A stretch of 61,672 bases of DNA from a virus. A program made the position numbers and the translations under genes. Positions 24,889 through 34,925 of the stretch are shown here, piece by piece (the stretch's first letter is position 1; each line of letters opens with the position of its first letter). A model generated the notes under the pieces. The model did not search any database, was not told the origin of the DNA, and worked only from the letters and a program-made list of their open reading frames with translations. The stretch lies in IMG/VR virus record IMGVR_UViG_3300028027_000003, one strand, 5' to 3'.

Positions 24889-26004
24889 ATGGCAATTCAA
24901 ACTTTCGCTACTGGCGGCCCTAAGGCTGCTGCACGTAGCTCTGCCGCTACAGGTAACGCAGTTAACGCTGGTGAACGCGAAGACCTAGCAAACTTTATCT
25001 CTATGATTTCTAGAGATGAAACCCCTTTCATGTCATCTATTGGTAAGACTAAAGCTACTGCTGTGTTCCATGAATGGCAAACTGACGAGTTAGCTGCACC
25101 TGCATCTACTCCTGTTGCTGAAGGTATCTCTTATGCTACCCAAGCTGCTGCTCAAGCTACTGAGCCTTACCGTACTCGTTTAGGTAATTACACACAGATC
25201 AACAGCAAGTCTGTTACTGTTACTGGTACTAAACGTGCTGTTGACCAAGCTGGTGTTGCTGACGAATACGCATATCAACTTAAAAAGCGTGGTACCGAAC
25301 TACGTCGTGACGTTGAGTTCGACTTAGTTAACAGCTGGAATAGCTCTAACGGTTCTGGTACTCGTACCTTTGGTGGCTACCAAGCATGGGTTAACTACAC
25401 TGCTGCTACCACTACTCCTGCCACTGCTCTAAACATTTTAACGACTGGTTCTGAGTACACTGCTCCTACCAATCCAGGCGGTGGTATTGCTGGTACTTTC
25501 ACTACTGTTACTTCTGCTGATAAAAACAGCTTAGCACTATCACACATTGATACTGTTATGCAAGCTATCTACGAAAACGGTGGTAAAGCTACTAAGCTAA
25601 TGTTGTCTCCTGCTAACCGCCGTGTATTCTCTGCTAAGGCACAGTCTGCTGGCTCTAGCTCAAGCAATGCTGGTGATGGTAACGTTCGCCGTAACATCGA
25701 CCAAGATGGTAAACTACGTCAATCAGTAGAAATCTACATGTCTGACTTCGGTGACATCATGGTTGTTCCTAACTACGTAATGGGTATTTCTAATACCACC
25801 GTATCTGGCTTAGATAACACTGCTAACTTCAGTGCATTCTTATATGACCCAATGTGGTTCAGCTACGCTTCTTTACGTCCTCTACAAGAAGTTGACTTAG
25901 GTCAGCTCGGTGACTCTATCATCGGTCAGATCGTTGAAGAAGGTACATTAGAGTGCCGTAATCCTAAGGGTTGCGGTCTAATCTTCGGTTTATCTGGCGC
26001 TTAA
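24889..26004 (+). CDS. Major capsid protein
   Basis: 371 aa, strong SD (aaggaaaaaacaaaATG), optimal-looking codon usage, followed by a terminator, canonical position. Confidence 0.75.
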   Translation: MAIQTFATGGPKAAARSSAATGNAVNAGEREDLANFISMISRDETPFMSSIGKTKATAVFHEWQTDELAAPASTPVAEGISYATQAAAQATEPYRTRLGNYTQINSKSVTVTGTKRAVDQAGVADEYAYQLKKRGTELRRDVEFDLVNSWNSSNGSGTRTFGGYQAWVNYTAATTTPATALNILTTGSEYTAPTNPGGGIAGTFTTVTSADKNSLALSHIDTVMQAIYENGGKATKLMLSPANRRVFSAKAQSAGSSSSNAGDGNVRRNIDQDGKLRQSVEIYMSDFGDIMVVPNYVMGISNTTVSGLDNTANFSAFLYDPMWFSYASLRPLQEVDLGQLGDSIIGQIVEEGTLECRNPKGCGLIFGLSGA

Positions 26005-26022
26005 TCGTCAAGTAACCTAAAT

Positions 26023-26054
26023 AAGGAGGGAGAGAAATCTTCCTCCTTTTTTAT
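26023..26054 (+). terminator. Hairpin plus T-run terminator after the capsid gene
   Basis: aaggagg-gagagaaatctt-cctcctt followed by ttttatt. Confidence 0.6.
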
Positions 26055-26068
26055 TATAAGGAACACAA

Positions 26069-26356
26069 ATGGAATTTCTAAGAATTACAGCAACAGACGG
26101 TACTCGCCAATATATTCCTGATAATTATGTAGCTAATATTGCAACTACTGCAGATGGTACAGATGCTGGTTCAGCCTATAGAGCACCTAATGTAACTCGT
26201 GGACGTATTAGTCAAGTTAAATATTATGATGGCGCTAATGGTACAGCTGGCGCATTAGTAGTAACTGCAGTTAGCGCATATGCGTCTGGCGGTATTCTAT
26301 ATGAGTATGGTTGTTTTACTATTGATGGCGCTTTTTCAGTAGCATTACGTAACTAA
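26069..26356 (+). CDS. Hypothetical virion-module protein
   Basis: ORF track. Confidence 0.5.
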   Translation: MEFLRITATDGTRQYIPDNYVANIATTADGTDAGSAYRAPNVTRGRISQVKYYDGANGTAGALVVTAVSAYASGGILYEYGCFTIDGAFSVALRN

Positions 26357-26368
26357 TCAAGAGGACAC

Positions 26369-26692
26369 ATGGGATTTTTATCACAAGAAAACAATGCTAA
26401 AAGCTTTGTTGTTAAAACAGACGAAAAGAATTTTCAATTAGAACAAGATGTGAACGCATACAAAGAGTATGCTGCACAGCAAAGGGAACTAGATTCATTT
26501 GCCGCAAATGGTAGAACATACAGATCATTTGCTATTATCCCTGATATTGTTGCTATTGATATGTTAACTAAACATGGATTAGATGTACACTCTCCTGAGT
26601 TTATGCAGGATCCAGCTAATCTAAGAAAATTAAAACAAGTTATTGAATCAGATTATCCATTACTAAAAACTAGTAATGTGAGAGCTTTATAA
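26369..26692 (+). CDS. Hypothetical virion-module protein
   Basis: ORF track. Confidence 0.5.
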   Translation: MGFLSQENNAKSFVVKTDEKNFQLEQDVNAYKEYAAQQRELDSFAANGRTYRSFAIIPDIVAIDMLTKHGLDVHSPEFMQDPANLRKLKQVIESDYPLLKTSNVRAL

Positions 26693-26701
26693 GGAAAATA
26701 A

Positions 26702-27616
26702 ATGGCAACACCTAGATTTGACGCTTTAGTCGCTAAAGTAAGAGACTGGAGTAATAAACCTGAGATCAACACTATTCCCGACAGCGTCATTCAGGATTGC
26801 TTATCATACAGCGCTGATGAATGCTATCGACAACTACGTATTCCACCATTAGAAGCAACAACAATCTACACAGTTGCTGCTGAAGATAACTCAGGAGAAA
26901 ATAGTTTAGGACTACCTTATGGTAATGCCTACACTTCTTTTGATATTCCAGAAGATTTAACACAATTCGTTTATATACGGACATTAGCTCAAGAAAATCT
27001 TGGTACAGCATACTCTACTTTCCCTTCTAATGTAAGTAAAGTATTTAATGAAGTAACTGATACACGTACTTTCTTTGATTTATACAGTGAAAAATACTCT
27101 GTATATAACTGGATGTGGAAAGATGGTAAGATTTATATTCATCCACAATTAGCTGTTGGTGCTGAGGTAGAGATTCATTATTACAGACGTTTGCCTGCTT
27201 TAAATGCTACATACAGTGTTACTCCTATTAACTATTTAATTGGTTTATCAGATGCTGAGCAACCATACCTATCTCTTACAGGTGTTAGCACAGATACTCC
27301 TTTGTATTTTTCAACAGCATCATCTGTAATGAAATGTTTTGCTACATATGCTGAAGCTGCCGCATACAATCCAACTGTAACTACTAAATATTATATTGGT
27401 AAAGAAGTATCTAATTGGTTAAGAGACAATAATGAAAGATTAGTTGTGTGGGGTGGATTATACAACTTAGGTGCATATTTATTTGATGAGACTATGGAGA
27501 AACGTTATGAAAAACGTTTTAATGAAACATTATTCTCACTTAACAAAGAAGAAAAATGGCGTAGAGCTTCAGGCGGTAACGTACAAGTTAATTTTAATAC
27601 TAACGGTTTAATTTAA
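26702..27616 (+). CDS. Virion structural protein (possible head-tail adaptor)
   Basis: ORF track; position between the head and fibre genes. Confidence 0.45.
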   Translation: MATPRFDALVAKVRDWSNKPEINTIPDSVIQDCLSYSADECYRQLRIPPLEATTIYTVAAEDNSGENSLGLPYGNAYTSFDIPEDLTQFVYIRTLAQENLGTAYSTFPSNVSKVFNEVTDTRTFFDLYSEKYSVYNWMWKDGKIYIHPQLAVGAEVEIHYYRRLPALNATYSVTPINYLIGLSDAEQPYLSLTGVSTDTPLYFSTASSVMKCFATYAEAAAYNPTVTTKYYIGKEVSNWLRDNNERLVVWGGLYNLGAYLFDETMEKRYEKRFNETLFSLNKEEKWRRASGGNVQVNFNTNGLI

Positions 27617-27627
27617 AGGGGAGTTAA

Positions 27628-29334
27628 ATGGGATACCAACAACAACCTGGAATGACTGGTAGTATTTCTGCTGGTGGTGAATACGATAATTTAGATAACG
27701 TAACATCAGTACAATATACTAATTTGGCCGCAGAAGATGCTGCTGCAGCCGCATTAAGTGCTGAAGAAGCTGCTGCCTCTGCATTAGCTGCTGCTGGTTC
27801 TGCTAGTAGTGCGTCTACCAGTGCAGGTACCGCTACTACTCAAGCGGGTATAGCTACAACACAAGCAGGAATTGCCACTACACAGGCAGGTATTGCGACT
27901 ACTCAAGCGGGTAATGCCGCTACTAGTGCAAGTACTGCTACTACACAAGCTGGAATAGCTACTACACAGGCAGGTATAGCAACTACTCAAGCTGGGATAG
28001 CTACTACTCAAGCGGGTATTGCAACTACTCAAGCAAGTAATGCAGCCACATCAGCCGCAGACGCATTAACTTCTCAAACTGCTGCTGCGGCATCTGCTGC
28101 ACAAGCATTAGCTGCATTTGATAACTTTGATGACAAATATCTTGGTGAAAAGAATGCTGACCCCACAGTAGATAATGATGGTAATCCCCTCCAAACAGGT
28201 GCATTATACTTTAATACAGTAACTAACACCATGAAGGTGTATTCTGGTACTATCTGGATAGAGGCTTATGCTGATGGAGCATCATTCCTTGCAAAAGCAA
28301 ATAATTTATCAGACTTAAATAACGTAGCTACTGCACGTACTAATCTTGGATTAGGTACAGCAGCAACAACTAATAGTACAGATTATGCTACTGCTGCCCA
28401 AGGTGCTAAAGCAGATACAGCGTTACAAACAATTACTTCTGTTGATGGTAGTGTGACTATTGCTACAACAGGTACTACAAGCGATTTAAGTGTTGCTGTT
28501 GCTGCCGCTTCTACAAACGTTATTGCTCAAGTACGTAATACAACTGGAGCAACATTAACTAAAGGAACTGCAGTATATATCTCAGGTGCTACAGGTCAAT
28601 TACCTACAGTATCTAAAGCATTAGCTACATCTGATGCTACTTCAGCTCAAACACTAGGTTTAATAACTGCTGACCTAGCTAATAATTCTAACGGTTATGT
28701 TACTGTTATTGGTTTAATTACTAATATTAACACATCAGCTTATACAGATGGTGAACAATTATATTTAAGTTCTACAACTGCAGGAACATTAACAGCTACT
28801 AAGCCTTATGCACCTCAACATCTTGTTTATGTAGCTGTTGTTGAACATGCACATGCAACTCAAGGTAAGTTGTTTGTTAAAGTACAAAACGGTTACGAAA
28901 TGGATGAGCTACATGATGTGTCTGCTCAGAACCCTACTAATGGTCAAGTATTAATCTATAATGAAACAACTTCATTATGGGAAAAACATACATTAACTGA
29001 TGGTACTGGTATTAATATTACTGAGGGTGCTGGTTCTATTACCGTTAATTTAGCATCTAACTATGGTGATACATTAAACCCTTATGATTCTAAAACAGCT
29101 AACTATGTATTAGCAGCACCTAATGGGACAGCTGGAGTACCTACATTCAGGGCTATTAATGCAGCTGATATTCCAACATTAAATCAGAATACAACAGGTA
29201 CTGCTAATAACGTGACAGGTATTGTGGCGTTAGCTAATGGTGGTACAGGCGCAGACAATGTAGCTTCTGCTCAAACAAATCTTCAAGTCGATCCAGCAGG
29301 AACTGCAGTAGCTTTAGCGATTGCTCTTGGTTAA
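27628..29334 (+). CDS. Tail fibre protein with heptad tandem repeats
   Basis: ATTQAGI repeated about 9 times; NLSDLNNVATARTNLGLG and GGTGA..AQTNLQV fibre-type motifs. Confidence 0.7.
   Translation: MGYQQQPGMTGSISAGGEYDNLDNVTSVQYTNLAAEDAAAAALSAEEAAASALAAAGSASSASTSAGTATTQAGIATTQAGIATTQAGIATTQAGNAATSASTATTQAGIATTQAGIATTQAGIATTQAGIATTQASNAATSAADALTSQTAAAASAAQALAAFDNFDDKYLGEKNADPTVDNDGNPLQTGALYFNTVTNTMKVYSGTIWIEAYADGASFLAKANNLSDLNNVATARTNLGLGTAATTNSTDYATAAQGAKADTALQTITSVDGSVTIATTGTTSDLSVAVAAASTNVIAQVRNTTGATLTKGTAVYISGATGQLPTVSKALATSDATSAQTLGLITADLANNSNGYVTVIGLITNINTSAYTDGEQLYLSSTTAGTLTATKPYAPQHLVYVAVVEHAHATQGKLFVKVQNGYEMDELHDVSAQNPTNGQVLIYNETTSLWEKHTLTDGTGINITEGAGSITVNLASNYGDTLNPYDSKTANYVLAAPNGTAGVPTFRAINAADIPTLNQNTTGTANNVTGIVALANGGTGADNVASAQTNLQVDPAGTAVALAIALG
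27832..28062 (+). repeat. About eleven tandem 21-nt (7-codon) repeat units inside the fibre gene
   Basis: Units gct act act caa gcg ggt ata etc.; read directly. Confidence 0.9.
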
Positions 29335-29347
29335 TAAAGGAAAATAA

Positions 29348-29674
29348 ATGGCAAATACATTTACATCTTACGGCAATAAATCCGTGGGAACATCTGCGGC
29401 AACAGTCGCTACTATTGGAGCATCAACGCAGACTACTGTAATTGGAATGTCTTGTGCTAACACAACTACTTCACCTGTTACTGTTGATGCTTATTTTACA
29501 CGTTCTGCAGTAGACTATTACTTAATTAAAGGTGCAGTAGTACCTGTAGGTGGTGCATTAGTTATTGTTGGTGGTGATCAAAAAGTAGTTCTTATTACAG
29601 ATGATGTACTTAAAGTAGTATCATCTGTTGCATCATCTATTGACGTTGTTACATCAGTATTAAATATTACGTAA
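29348..29674 (+). CDS. Small structural protein in the fibre module
   Basis: ORF track; Thr/Val/Ser-rich beta-type sequence. Confidence 0.5.
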   Translation: MANTFTSYGNKSVGTSAATVATIGASTQTTVIGMSCANTTTSPVTVDAYFTRSAVDYYLIKGAVVPVGGALVIVGGDQKVVLITDDVLKVVSSVASSIDVVTSVLNIT

Positions 29675-29683
29675 GGAGTATAT

Positions 29684-30877
29684 ATGTCATATATTGGTAG
29701 TACTCCTACTCAACAATCATTTGTTCCTTCATTAGATTATTTTAGTGGTAATGGATCAACTGTAGCATTTACATTATCTAGACCAGTAGCCTCTGTTGCT
29801 CAAGTACAAGTTAATATTTCTAATGTAGCACAGAATCCAAGCAGTGCATACTCAGTTAATGGTAATGTTATTACGTTCACCTCTGCTCCACCAAGCGGTA
29901 CAAACAACATCTATGTGTACTACACCAGCCCGATTACTCAGGTGATTGCACCGGGGCAGGGAACGGTTACATCAGAGAGCTTTGGAACTATCACCAACTT
30001 CACCACCACAGGCAACACTGTCCTTGGTGACGCATCTACTGACACACTGAATGTCGGTAATGGAGGCTTGGTCAAGGATGCCAGCGGTAATGTGGGTATT
30101 GGTACTGCTTCGCCAGCTTATAAATTACAAGCAAATGCTGGCGGTTCAAACAACAACAATGACGCAAATACTATTGTAGCCACAGGAACGAACCACGTTC
30201 GATTGAAGGTGCACACGCCAACTACGGGCGGGTTTCGAGCGTCTTTGGTTCTTTCGTCTGACGAGGCCGTTACAGCAACGGGCAACGAGGTCAGCATTTC
30301 CACAACTGGCTCTGATGAAATGCAGTTTGCTACTGGCGGCTCAGAACGTGCCCGTATCGACTCCAGCGGTAACTTGCTGGTGGGGACTACGAGTAATGGA
30401 CGAACTGACTCAAACGGAACTGCGATTGACCCAACTGGTGTTGTTTACCAAAATCATATAACTGGTACAGCTTCAGGAAGTTTTTACACCCGTTTTTCTC
30501 TTGCAGGCACTCAAATTGGCTCTATTTCTCAGAGTGGAACTACTGCTGTTGCATATACCACATCATCCGACTACCGCTTAAAGAATACTATCGCCCCAAT
30601 GACAGGAGCACTGGCGAAGGTTCAACAACTCAAGCCAGTCACATATAAGTGGAACGCTGACGGCTCAGACAGCCAAGGCTTTATTGCACATGAATTACAA
30701 GAAGTAGTACCGGATTGTGTGCATGGGGAAAAAGACGCAGTGGACGCTGATGGCAATCCGCAGTATCAAGGCATCGACACCAGCTTCTTGGTTGCCACAC
30801 TGACAGCCGCAATCCAAGAACAACAAGCCCTCATCACCACCCTAACTAACCGCATCACAGCACTGGAGAATAAATAA
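29684..30877 (+). CDS. Tail fibre/spike with C-terminal intramolecular chaperone (peptidase S74-like) domain
   Basis: TSSDYRLKNTIAPMTGALAKVQQLKPVTYKWN..GFIAHELQEVVPDCV..QGIDTSFLVATLTAAIQEQ; N-terminus MSYIGSTPT paralogous to 31980 gene. Confidence 0.75.
   Translation: MSYIGSTPTQQSFVPSLDYFSGNGSTVAFTLSRPVASVAQVQVNISNVAQNPSSAYSVNGNVITFTSAPPSGTNNIYVYYTSPITQVIAPGQGTVTSESFGTITNFTTTGNTVLGDASTDTLNVGNGGLVKDASGNVGIGTASPAYKLQANAGGSNNNNDANTIVATGTNHVRLKVHTPTTGGFRASLVLSSDEAVTATGNEVSISTTGSDEMQFATGGSERARIDSSGNLLVGTTSNGRTDSNGTAIDPTGVVYQNHITGTASGSFYTRFSLAGTQIGSISQSGTTAVAYTTSSDYRLKNTIAPMTGALAKVQQLKPVTYKWNADGSDSQGFIAHELQEVVPDCVHGEKDAVDADGNPQYQGIDTSFLVATLTAAIQEQQALITTLTNRITALENK
30363..30395 (+). repeat. 33-nt segment identical to 33010..33042
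   Basis: ccagcggtaacttgctggtggggactacgagta read in both fibre genes. Confidence 0.85.
30767..30819 (+). repeat. 53-nt segment identical to 33385..33437
   Basis: caaggcatcgacaccagcttcttggttgccacactgacagccgcaatccaaga read in both fibre genes. Confidence 0.85.
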
Positions 30878-31983
30878 TGCCAATCAGTACTATTAACTCA
30901 GCGGGGTTGACAAGCCCTTTAACGGGTGCGGCTATAACCTCCACAGGCGGTGGTTCTGTTGCCACCAACACTGCGTTTGGTTCAAGTGCTTTGGCTTCTA
31001 ACACGACAGGTGCTGGGAATGTCGCTATCGGCTATCAAGCTGTGGCTACCAGCACAACAGGCAATTACAACGCCGCAGTTGGTCAACAGGCCATGCAAAA
31101 CGGAGATGGCGCAACAGGAAATGCCGCTTTGGGATACCAAGCGCTCAGAGCAAGTACAGGAACATACAACACAGGTATTGGGTTTGCTACTGGCCAATCC
31201 ATTACATCTGGCAACTACAATACTGCAATTGGAAGTCAAGCGCTCAACAGTAACACCACAGCCTCCAACAACACTGCTGTAGGTTATCAGGCGGGGTATA
31301 GCAATACCACAAGCATTGAAAGCACTTACATCGGCCATGTTGCGGGCTATTCCACTACAGGTGCTAGCAATACATTTATCGGACAAGGCGCTGGCTACTC
31401 TGTAACCTCTGGTGCAAAAAACACCATTCTTGGCAAATTCACAGGCAACTCAGGCGGCTTAAACATCACTACAGCAAGCAACTACATCGTGCTGTCTGAT
31501 GGGGATGGAAATCCAAGGGGTCAGTTTAACAATGGTACTGCGTTTGCTTTGCAAGGTGCTGGAAATGCCGCAAATCCATACATAACTAGTTTTGATTCTT
31601 CTCTTTATGCCTATGGAAGGATTGCATCTAGTTCGGGCGTTTACCTTGCAAATAACGCAACAAGCTGGGCAAGCACTTCTGACGAACGCCGTAAAGACAT
31701 CATTGAACCAATTACAAACGCCACAGAAAAACTTTTAACACTGCGGACGGTGATTGGAAAATTTAAAGTTGATGAAGATGGAACACGCAGACCATTCTTG
31801 ATTGCCCAAGACGTGCTGGCTGTTTTCCCAGAGGCTGTAAACCATCAAGAAGACGAAGATGGTGAATTTTTGGGTATGTCTTATACGGACATGATTCCAC
31901 TGCTTGTAGCCGCAATCAAAGAACTCAAAGCAGACCTTGACGCAACAAAAGCAGAACTTGCCGCATTGAAAGGTACATTATGA
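30877..31983 (+). CDS. Fibre/adhesin-like protein with NTA(I/V)G repeats and divergent S74-like C-terminus
   Basis: Repeated N-T-A-I/V-G-x-x-A units (YadA-head/Hep_Hag-like), C-terminal TSDERRKDIIEPI..FLIAQDVLAVFPEAV..LLVAAIKELK. Confidence 0.65.
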   Translation: MPISTINSAGLTSPLTGAAITSTGGGSVATNTAFGSSALASNTTGAGNVAIGYQAVATSTTGNYNAAVGQQAMQNGDGATGNAALGYQALRASTGTYNTGIGFATGQSITSGNYNTAIGSQALNSNTTASNNTAVGYQAGYSNTTSIESTYIGHVAGYSTTGASNTFIGQGAGYSVTSGAKNTILGKFTGNSGGLNITTASNYIVLSDGDGNPRGQFNNGTAFALQGAGNAANPYITSFDSSLYAYGRIASSSGVYLANNATSWASTSDERRKDIIEPITNATEKLLTLRTVIGKFKVDEDGTRRPFLIAQDVLAVFPEAVNHQEDEDGEFLGMSYTDMIPLLVAAIKELKADLDATKAELAALKGTL

Positions 31984-33518
31984 GCTATATAGGTAATACA
32001 CCTACAACAGCAGCCTTTCTAACTGATCAATTCAGTGGGAATGGCTCAACCACTACATATACAATGTCAGTGGCTCCTGCCACTACATCCTCTATTATTG
32101 TGGCTATTACAGGGGTAGTACAAGACCCCTCAACATATTCTGTTAATGGTACATCATTAACATTTTCAGCAGCACCTCCAGCAGGAACAGGTAATATTTC
32201 TATACGTTATCTTGGTATCCCTGCTTCAGGTGTAGCTACTACTGCATACAGAACTATTACCGATAGTACAGCTACTGCAGGACAAACAACGTTTACTATT
32301 CCATCATATACTGTAGGATATTTAAATGTATATCGTAATGGAGTAAGATTAGCTACGGCAGACTATACTGCAAGTAACGGTACATCTGTTGTATTAACTA
32401 ATAGTGCGTCTGCTGGTGACACTATCACTACTGAGTCGTTCTATGTGTCTTCCGTGTTGAATGCTTTCCCAACAACAGGCGGGACACTCAGCGGTCAGTT
32501 GGCAGTCAACAGTGCCACAGGACAGAAGCCCTTGATCGCACAGGTCAACGGTACTGAGGTGTTTGAAGTTGATGCAAGTGGGCGAGTTGGTATAGCCACT
32601 TCGTCTCCACAAAACCTGCTGAACATCGTCAAGGACTCAGCCAACTCGTCTGCGGCGGCCAATGCTGGCGTTGCCATCCAGTCTGATTCTGGTGCAACCT
32701 ATACCGCAGGATTGCATTTTGGTACAGATAAAACAGGCGTTCTTTCCTATATCCAGTCTGATAGCTCGGCGTCGTACTCAGCAGTGCCTCTTGTGATTAA
32801 CCCACTTGGCGGTAATGTGGGGATTGGTACGAGTTCGCCAAGTTACAAGTTGGATGTGTCTGGAGCTATAAGTTGGTTGCCGGGAGTTACAGGCGCTCCA
32901 AGAGGTTATATGAGCGGCGCAAGTGCAGACCAATCTGTTGAGATTGGCACAAATACAAATAGTCCTCTTGGGTTTGCAACCAATGCTATAAGAAGGATGG
33001 CTATCGACACCAGCGGTAACTTGCTGGTGGGGACTACGAGTACAGATAGTGGAAGAATGTGTGTTGAAGCCCAAACAAATGGATATGCTATTTCATTCCG
33101 CAGAAACACAGGTGTTTATGGTTCAAACACAAAAGTCGGTCAAATTTCTTGTGATTCATCATCTACTGTATACACCACATCATCTGATTATCGTCTAAAA
33201 GAAAATATTGCACCTATGACAGGTGCTTTGAATAAAGTTACTCAGCTTAAACCTGTGACATATACATGGAAAGAGTCTGGAGAAGCAACGCAAGGTTTTA
33301 TTGCCCACGAACTTCAAGCTGTCGTGCCTGATGCTGTTGTTGGTGAAAAAGACGCAGTAGACGCTGAAGGCAATCCTGTCTACCAAGGCATCGACACCAG
33401 CTTCTTGGTTGCCACACTGACAGCCGCAATCCAAGAGATGAAGACAATCATCGACACCCAAGCCAGCACCATCACTCAATTACAGGCAGACGTAGCCGCA
33501 TTGAAAGGAACAGCATGA
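31980..33518 (+). CDS. Tail fibre/spike with C-terminal S74-like chaperone domain (paralogue of 29684..30877)
   Basis: MSYIGNTPT N-terminal anchor, TSSDYRLKENIAPMTGALNKVTQLKPVTYTWK..GFIAHELQAVVPDAV. Confidence 0.75.
   Translation: MSYIGNTPTTAAFLTDQFSGNGSTTTYTMSVAPATTSSIIVAITGVVQDPSTYSVNGTSLTFSAAPPAGTGNISIRYLGIPASGVATTAYRTITDSTATAGQTTFTIPSYTVGYLNVYRNGVRLATADYTASNGTSVVLTNSASAGDTITTESFYVSSVLNAFPTTGGTLSGQLAVNSATGQKPLIAQVNGTEVFEVDASGRVGIATSSPQNLLNIVKDSANSSAAANAGVAIQSDSGATYTAGLHFGTDKTGVLSYIQSDSSASYSAVPLVINPLGGNVGIGTSSPSYKLDVSGAISWLPGVTGAPRGYMSGASADQSVEIGTNTNSPLGFATNAIRRMAIDTSGNLLVGTTSTDSGRMCVEAQTNGYAISFRRNTGVYGSNTKVGQISCDSSSTVYTTSSDYRLKENIAPMTGALNKVTQLKPVTYTWKESGEATQGFIAHELQAVVPDAVVGEKDAVDAEGNPVYQGIDTSFLVATLTAAIQEMKTIIDTQASTITQLQADVAALKGTA
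33010..33042 (+). repeat. 33-nt segment identical to 30363..30395
   Basis: Read directly. Confidence 0.85.
33385..33437 (+). repeat. 53-nt segment identical to 30767..30819
   Basis: Read directly. Confidence 0.85.
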
Positions 33519-34621
33519 CTAATGCAGTTGATATAGCCCAATCAGGGTCAAACAATGTAACGATGCGCAATCGGATCATCAATGGCGGGATGGCTATAGA
33601 TCAGAGGAAATCAGGCGCAATTGTTGCAACAACAACGACAGGTGCGTTTTCTTATACAGTAGACCGATGGGCCTACTTTGTTGATGCCGCTTCAAAATTT
33701 ACAGTCCAGCAAACTCCAAGTGCCACAGAAACTGGGTATGCAACTCGTGTTGGAGCAGGGTTTACAAACTATCTTGCAATGACTTCAACGTCTGCTTACA
33801 CCGCTGGGTCATCAGAAATACTTGTGATGTCCCAACCTATTGAAGGATTTAATTTTTCTGACATGGCTTGGGGAACCGCAAACGCCAAAACTGTTACGTT
33901 GTCATTTTGGGCGTACTCAAGCTTGACTGGAACTCATAGCGGGTCAATTGGAAATGGAGTTGGATATTCATACCCATTTTCTTTCTCAATTCCAACAGCA
34001 AATACATGGACGCAGATAAGCGTAACAATTGCTGGCCCGACAACCAGCACATGGCCGACAAATAACACGGCAAACGCATATTTGTTTTTTAATATGGGTT
34101 GCGGAAGTGCAAGACTGAGCACTGCTGGAGCTTGGACTGCGACAGCTTCTTACGGCGCAACTGGCTCAGTCTCCCTTGTCGGAACAAACGGAGCCACCTT
34201 CTACATCACAGGCGTACAGTTGGAAAAAGGCTCTACCGCCACACCGTTTGAACAGCGTTTGTATGGCACTGAGTTGGCGCTGTGTCAGCGGTATTACTAT
34301 AAACAACAATCAACCGGAGCTGCTTCATATTTTGGAGTAGGAACTGTCAATAGTTCCACACTCGTTGTCGCACTTATAAAATTTCCTGTTGCGCTTAGGA
34401 CAGCGCCTTCAGCATTAGAGCAAGACGGAACTGCTGGAGATTATAGAGTTACTGTTGGTGCTACTTCAACAAACTGCAGTAGTGTTCCTGTATTTAACTC
34501 AGGTGATGTTTGGGGGGCTACAGTTCAGTTTACCGTTGCTTCTGGCTTAACAATAGCACAATCCGCTTTACTTCGTTCTGTCAACTCAACCGCTTATCTA
34601 GGATGGAGTGCTGAATTATGA
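33515..34621 (+). CDS. Additional receptor-binding/fibre-like protein
   Basis: NRIINGGMAIDQR..DRW N-terminus and GVQLEKGSTATPFEQR..ELALCQRYY motif recalled from phage fibre proteins; GC-rich. Confidence 0.55.
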   Translation: MTNAVDIAQSGSNNVTMRNRIINGGMAIDQRKSGAIVATTTTGAFSYTVDRWAYFVDAASKFTVQQTPSATETGYATRVGAGFTNYLAMTSTSAYTAGSSEILVMSQPIEGFNFSDMAWGTANAKTVTLSFWAYSSLTGTHSGSIGNGVGYSYPFSFSIPTANTWTQISVTIAGPTTSTWPTNNTANAYLFFNMGCGSARLSTAGAWTATASYGATGSVSLVGTNGATFYITGVQLEKGSTATPFEQRLYGTELALCQRYYYKQQSTGAASYFGVGTVNSSTLVVALIKFPVALRTAPSALEQDGTAGDYRVTVGATSTNCSSVPVFNSGDVWGATVQFTVASGLTIAQSALLRSVNSTAYLGWSAEL

Positions 34622-34782
34622 TTTTCAAAATTCATTCAACCAACATGGATGGTCAAGTCATCTATGCTCGTATTGACGATGATGGCAAATGTCGCCTGAC
34701 TTGCACCGAAGACTACCCAGAGTTCAAGGCTTGGATTGAGGCTGGCAACACACCAGAGCCAGCTAATGAGGAAACACAATGA
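34618..34782 (+). CDS. Small hypothetical protein (54 aa, below cutoff) at the end of the GC-rich fibre cassette
   Basis: Hand translation MIFKIHSTNMDGQVIYARIDDDGKCRLTCTEDYPEFKAWIEAGNTPEPANEETQ; ATGA overlaps. Confidence 0.45.
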   Translation: MIFKIHSTNMDGQVIYARIDDDGKCRLTCTEDYPEFKAWIEAGNTPEPANEETQ

Positions 34783-34925
34783 ACGAAATTAAATTATCAA
34801 CTAACCTAGTAAACGCAGTATTACAATATCTGGGAACTAAACCTTATGCTGAAGTATTTCAGCTAATAGAAGTAATCCAGAAAGAAGCTAAAGATCAAAA
34901 TCAACCTGATATAACACCATCATGA
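34779..34925 (+). CDS. Small hypothetical protein (48 aa, below cutoff)
   Basis: Hand translation MNEIKLSTNLVNAVLQYLGTKPYAEVFQLIEVIQKEAKDQNQPDITPS; ATGA overlaps at both ends. Confidence 0.45.
   Translation: MNEIKLSTNLVNAVLQYLGTKPYAEVFQLIEVIQKEAKDQNQPDITPS

Noticed and set aside
27832-28062. Regular 21-nt repeats as a CRISPR array
   Set aside because: The units are contiguous with no spacers, in frame within a fibre gene, and encode a heptad peptide repeat. No cas genes are present.
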